Of a stretch of 64,000 nucleotides of DNA, positions 59,101-64,000 are shown piece by piece. The position numbers and the translations under genes were made by a program. Position 1 is the first letter of the stretch. Each line of letters opens with the position of its first letter. Under the pieces are notes generated by a model, which was given only the letters and a program-made list of their open reading frames with translations, had not been told where the DNA came from and did no database searches. Origin of the DNA: the human T2T-CHM13v2.0 reference genome, Homo sapiens; NCBI RefSeq assembly GCF_009914755.1, contig NC_060929.1; one strand, written 5' to 3'.

Positions 59101-61046
59101 CTGCCTTGATGAGTGTGGCTAGGGAAGCTATCAATTAGATGTGTTGAGGTTTAATCAGGGTGAAGAATGGGAACTACCTCAGCCAGTTCAGCAGAAAGGC
59201 TAGTTACCTCACAGCCTCATTTCTGTCCTAGTGTTTCAGCTATTCAGATCAGACAGGCACCTCTTTTCATCTACAGGAATGTTGATGTCCCAAGTAGGGA
59301 GGAATTGTGACTCTGCCTCTCATGCTGGCCTGAATCTCGTGTGTGCTTCTCCTGTGTAGCTGCGCTCACCCTGGATTGTTCCAGAAAGGTCATCTATAAG
59401 TGCTGCCACACTGTGTCCCTGTGATGGAAGCCCCAGCTTTGTCCGGAGTGGAGTGCTGGGGGGAAAAAGACCCCTTTACCAAGACCTTTCCAGATCACAA
59501 AGTCTGCCTGACAGTTGGGGTATAGGTTCATACTTTCCCTACATGCAGCCAGCACTGCAATTGTGTCTCTCCTGTGAGAAATATGCACCAGTAGAAGGAT
59601 CTGGAACTCAAGGCCTGCTATTCAGTTTCCTTGGTCCCATGGGGTGATCCCTTGATGTAGTGCTGTCCCCCTTCCCCTAGGGGTGTGGACTCCTGAGAAC
59701 CAGACTGTAGTGCTTGTTAATACTCGTCTGGGTCTAGCCTTCCAGCAGTGCTACCAGACTCCAGGCTGGTGCTGAGGAATAGCTGCAAAGAATTCTGTGA
59801 TGTGATTGGTCTTCAGGTCTCTCAGCCATGGATACCAGCACCTGCTCTAGTGGAGGTGGCAGGGGAGTGAGGTAAACTCTGTAGGAGTCTTTGGTTTTAG
59901 ACAGGTTTAGTGTGCTGGCATTCTCGAATGCTGCTTATGCTAGCAGTGAAGTTGTCACATGGACAGACTCAGGACTTCTGGTTAGCCAGGATGTTGCAGG
60001 CAGTGGTATTAGCTGTTTTTTTGTTGTTGTTGTTGTCATCGTTGTTGTTGTTATTCGTTTCTGTTTTTTTGGTTTTTTTTCTTCTTCCTGGAAGCAGTGT
60101 TATTCCATCATGAGTTGCTGTAATGGCTGAGTCTGTTGGCCTCTAGCCAGGAGGTGGCATTTGCAAGAGAGCACCAGCTGTGGTATTAACAATGGGATTT
60201 GAGCTTGCCCTAAGTTGGCCAGTAGAAGTATTTTGGTTTCTCAGGTGATAGGTGGGACCATAAAGTACCTGAGAGTTTATGTCTTTTGTGTTCAGCTACC
60301 AGAGTTGGTAGAGAAATGCCATTTGGTGGGAGCAGGGTTGGATGTGTCTGAGTTCAGACTGTCCTCGGGCAGGGCTTGTCACAGCCACTTGGGAGATTGG
60401 GGGGTGGTTCTCAGGCCAGTGGAGTTATGTTTTTGAGTGGGTCTTGGCTTCCTCTGTTGTGTCATATAGTTCACCAGAAAAGTGGGGATAGCTAGTAGCA
60501 AAAGGCCTCACTCAGCTCCCACCAAGTTGGTGAGGCCAATCTCTCTTCTGTAGTACCCAACTAACAGTGAAACTTCCCTGCTGAGAAAGCAAGCATAGCT
60601 TTCAGGCCACCCCCCCTTCCCCCCCCCCCGCCCCCCTGCCCCATTTGCTTGCAATGTTGGCAACTCCTGTTCATCTCCTGGATTCTGCTCAAGAAAGTCT
60701 ATGCCCAGTCGAAATTACCACAAAATTCAGTTGGAAGCTTCCTGCACCCTGTGACCCCTCCCTAATTCTGCTGGCTGCCTTCCCTGAGGGTTGTTGTGGG
60801 ATAAAGTCAGGGATGGCTTCCTTTGACTCTAGCTGGAGACTGGGAGTGCCATCCTAAATCTGTTCCAGCTCTAGGGAAGGTTAAGTTCTTCCCTCATGAT
60901 CTGGATTGTCAGATTCCCCAGTGAGGATGTATGATCAAAGGCAGATTTTCCTCCTCTTACACTTTGGGAACTCACAGTTTTTTGTCTGTCTCCCAGAGTT
61001 TGCAGTGGCATGTCGTTTCTTTCAAAGGATCTATGAATTTTCAGCT
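53465..61046 (-). mobile_element. Near full-length L1PB (L1PB1-like 3' end, long GC-richer 5'UTR), degenerate
   Basis: 3'UTR ttctttagcagtgatttctgagattttggtg; ORF2 remnants ([26 protein letters not shown]); ORF1 remnant (NEQSLQEIWDYVK); 5'UTR ~58600-61046. Confidence 0.88.
60020..60053. repeat. Interrupted (GTT)n microsatellite
   Basis: Direct reading. Confidence 0.8.
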
Positions 61047-64000
61047 TTTGTTTTAGATTCAAGGGGTACATGTACAAGTTTTTTGCCTGGGTATATTGTG
61101 TGATGCTGAGGTTTGAGATACAAATGATCTCATGACCCAAGTACTGAGCATAGTACCCGAAATTCATTTTTCAAGCTTTACCCCATTGCTCCCTCCCCTC
61201 TCCAGTGGTCCCAAGTGTCTATTGTTGTCCTTTTTATATCCATAAATGCACAACATTCAGCTCTCATTTATAAGTGAGAACACACAGTATTGGGTTTTCT
61301 GTTTCTGCATTAATTTGTTTAGGCTAATGGCCGCCAGCTGCATCCATGTTGCTGCAAAGTACATAACTTTGTTCTTTTATTATGGCTGTATAGTAGTCTA
61401 TGGCATGTATGTAACACATTTTCTTTATAAAATTCACCATTGATTGATTGTCACCTAGGTTAATTCCATGTCTTTGCTATTATGAATGGTGCAGAGATAA
61501 ACATGCGAGTGCATGTATCTTTTTGGCAGAACAATTTGTTTTCTTTTGGATATATATCCAGTAATAGGATTGCTGGGTTGAATTATAATTCTGTTTTAAG
61601 TCCTTTGAAAAAATCTCCAAATTGCTTTCCATAGTGACAGAACTAATTTACATTATCAGCAGTAGTGTATAAACATTCCCTTTTCTCTGCAGCCTTACCA
61701 ATATCTGTTGTTTTTGACTTTTTAATAATAGCCAATCTGACTGTTTTGAGATGATGTGTCATTGTGGTTGAGGTTTACATTTTTCTGATTATTAGTGATG
61801 TGGAGCAGTTTTTTCATATGTTAGTTTGCAACTTGTATGTCATCTTTTGAGAAGTGTTTGTTCATGGATTTTGCCCATTATTTAATGAGGTTGTTTTTTG
61901 TTTATTCAATTGTCGAAGTTGCTTGTAGATTCCAGATACTAGACATTTATCAGATGCATAGTTTGCAAATGTTTTTCCCGTTCTATAGGTTGTCTGTTTA
62001 TTCTGTTGATTGTTTCTTTTGCTGTGCAGAAGCTCTTTAGTTTAACTAGGTCTCATTTGTCTATTTTTGTTTTCATTGCTATTGCTTTTCAGAGCTTAGT
62101 GTTAAATTCTTTCCCAGTGTCCATATCCTGTATGATGTTTCCGAGGTTTTCTTCTAGGAAATGCTTACAGTTTGAGGTCTTACATTTATATCTGTAAAGT
62201 ATGTTGAGTTAATTTTTGTATATAATGAAAAGAAGGGATCCAGTTTCATTTTTCTGCATATGGCTTGTCAGCTATCCTAGCAACATATCTTGATTAGGAA
62301 GTCTTTTCCTCATTGCTTATTTTTGTTGACTTTTCAAAGATTAGTTGGCTGTAGATGTGTAGTTTTATTTCTGGGGCCTCTATCATTTTCTCTTGTTCCA
62401 CGTGTCTATTTTTTGTACCATTACTATGCTGTTTTTGTTCCTGTAGGCTTATAGTCTAGTTAGTAGTTGGTGATTTCTTTTGGATATTTGTCCCCCCAAA
62501 TCTCATTTTGAAATGTAATTCCCATTGTTGGAGGTGGGGCCTAATGGGAGCTGTTTGGGTCCTAGGGGTGGATCCCTCATGGCTTGATGCTGTCCTCTCA
62601 ATAATAATTGAATTTTCATGAGATCTGCTTGTTTAAAAGTGTATGGCACCTCCCCTGTCCTTGCTGTCTCTTCTGCCGTGTGATGTGCCTGCTCCTTCTT
62701 AGCCTTCCACCATAACTTTAAGTTTCCTGAGTCCTCTTCAGAAGCAGATGCTGTTGCTATGCTTCCTGTTCAGCCTCCAGAACCATGAGCCAATTAAACC
62801 ACTTTTCTTTTAAATTACCCAGGTTTATGTATTTATTTATAGCAATGTAGAAACTGTCTAAAACAGTCAGGTAACGTGATACCTCTAGATTTGTTTTTTT
62901 TGCTTAGGGTCGCTTTGGCTGTTTGGTCACTTTTTTGGTTTCATATAAATTTTAGAATAGTTTTTTTTTCAATTCTTTGAAAACTGATATTGGTAGTTTG
63001 ATAGAATAGCATCAAATCTGTAGATTGCAATGGGAAGTATGGCCATTTTAACAATACTTATTCTTCCAGTTCATGAGCTTGGATTGTTTTTTCATGTGTT
63101 TGTTTAATCTATTAGTTAGCAGTGTTTTGTAGTTCTCCTTGTAGACATCTTTCATCTCCTTGGTTACAGTTATTCTAGGTATTTTATTTTTTTTTTGTGT
63201 GTGGGGCTATTGTAAATTAGATTGTGATCTTGATTTGATTCTCAGCATGAACATTATTGGTGCATAGAAATGCTACTGATTTTCGTACATTGATTTTGTA
63301 TCCTGAAGCTTTGCTGAAGTCATTTATCAGTTCCAGGAGTCTTTTGGTGGATTCTTTGGCATTTTCTATGTAGAGTATTATATTGTTCATGACAAGAGGT
63401 AGTTTCTCCTGTGTGGATGTCTTTATACCTTTTTCTTGTCTGATTGCTTTGGCTAGGACTTCCAGTGCTATGTTGAATAGGAGTAGTAAGACTGGGCTAT
63501 CTTGTCTTGTTCCAGTTCTCAAAAAGACTGCTTCCAATTTTTGTCCATTTGGCATAATGTCAGCTGTGGGTTTGCCATAGATGGCTCCTAACATTTTGAG
63601 GTTTGTTCGTTTAATCCTAGTTTCTTTAGGGTTTTTATCATGAAGAAATGTTGGATTTTATCAAAAGCTGTTTTTACATATATTGAGATGATCATATGGT
63701 TTCTGGTTTTAATTTTTTATATGATAAATCACATTTATTGATTTGCATATGTTGATCCAATCTTGCATCCCAGGAATGAAACTTACTTGATCATAGTACA
63801 TTAACTTTTTGATGTGCTGTTGAATTCAGTTTGCTAGTAATATGTTGAGGATTTTTGCATCTATGTTCATCAGAGATGTTAGCCTGTAATTTGCTTTTTT
63901 CACATTGTTTTTGCCAGGTTTTGGCATGAGAGTGATGTTGACTTTGTTGAATGAGTTGAGAAGGGGTCTCTTCTCCTTGATTTTAAAAATAGTTTCAGAA
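61047..64000 (-). mobile_element. L1PA15/16-like LINE-1 (3'UTR and ORF2), runs off the window
   Basis: tttagattcaaggggtacatgtacaagttt...gggtatattgtgtgatgctgaggtt. ORF 63217..63594 is RT-like (KPTADI...NGQKLEA...TGTRQ). Confidence 0.88.
62471..62865 (+). mobile_element. MSTA/MSTB solo LTR nested in the L1
   Basis: ccccccaaatctcattttgaaatgtaattcccattgttggaggtggggcc ... agaaccatgagccaattaaacc...ctaaaaca. TSD gttgg/gtcag. Confidence 0.9.

Overview
AT-rich primate (human-like) intergenic or deep-intronic DNA made up largely of transposable elements. I find no supportable host protein-coding exon, RNA gene or CRISPR array. Every long ORF derives from LINE-1, Alu or LTR sequence. The main element is a young L1PA2/L1HS-like LINE-1 (~41322-46228, +). 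It lacks most of its 5'UTR, has no visible TSD, carries an in-frame ~300-nt ORF1 deletion and has three ORF2 lesions. Also present: a near full-length L1PB (-), several 3' L1PA fragments, old L1M/L2/MIR relics, seven Alus, solo LTRs (LTR8-like, THE1 x2, MLT1D x2, MER4-group, MST x2, MLT2A, LTR12) and a Tigger2a. I see no evidence of a new multi-gene biological system. The most interesting signals are repair and retrotransposition scars (a ~104-bp inverted templated insertion, two very small twin-priming-like junctions) and a possible non-repeat POU/homeodomain enhancer. Subfamily names come from my recall of consensus sequences, not from a search, and boundaries of old elements are approximate.
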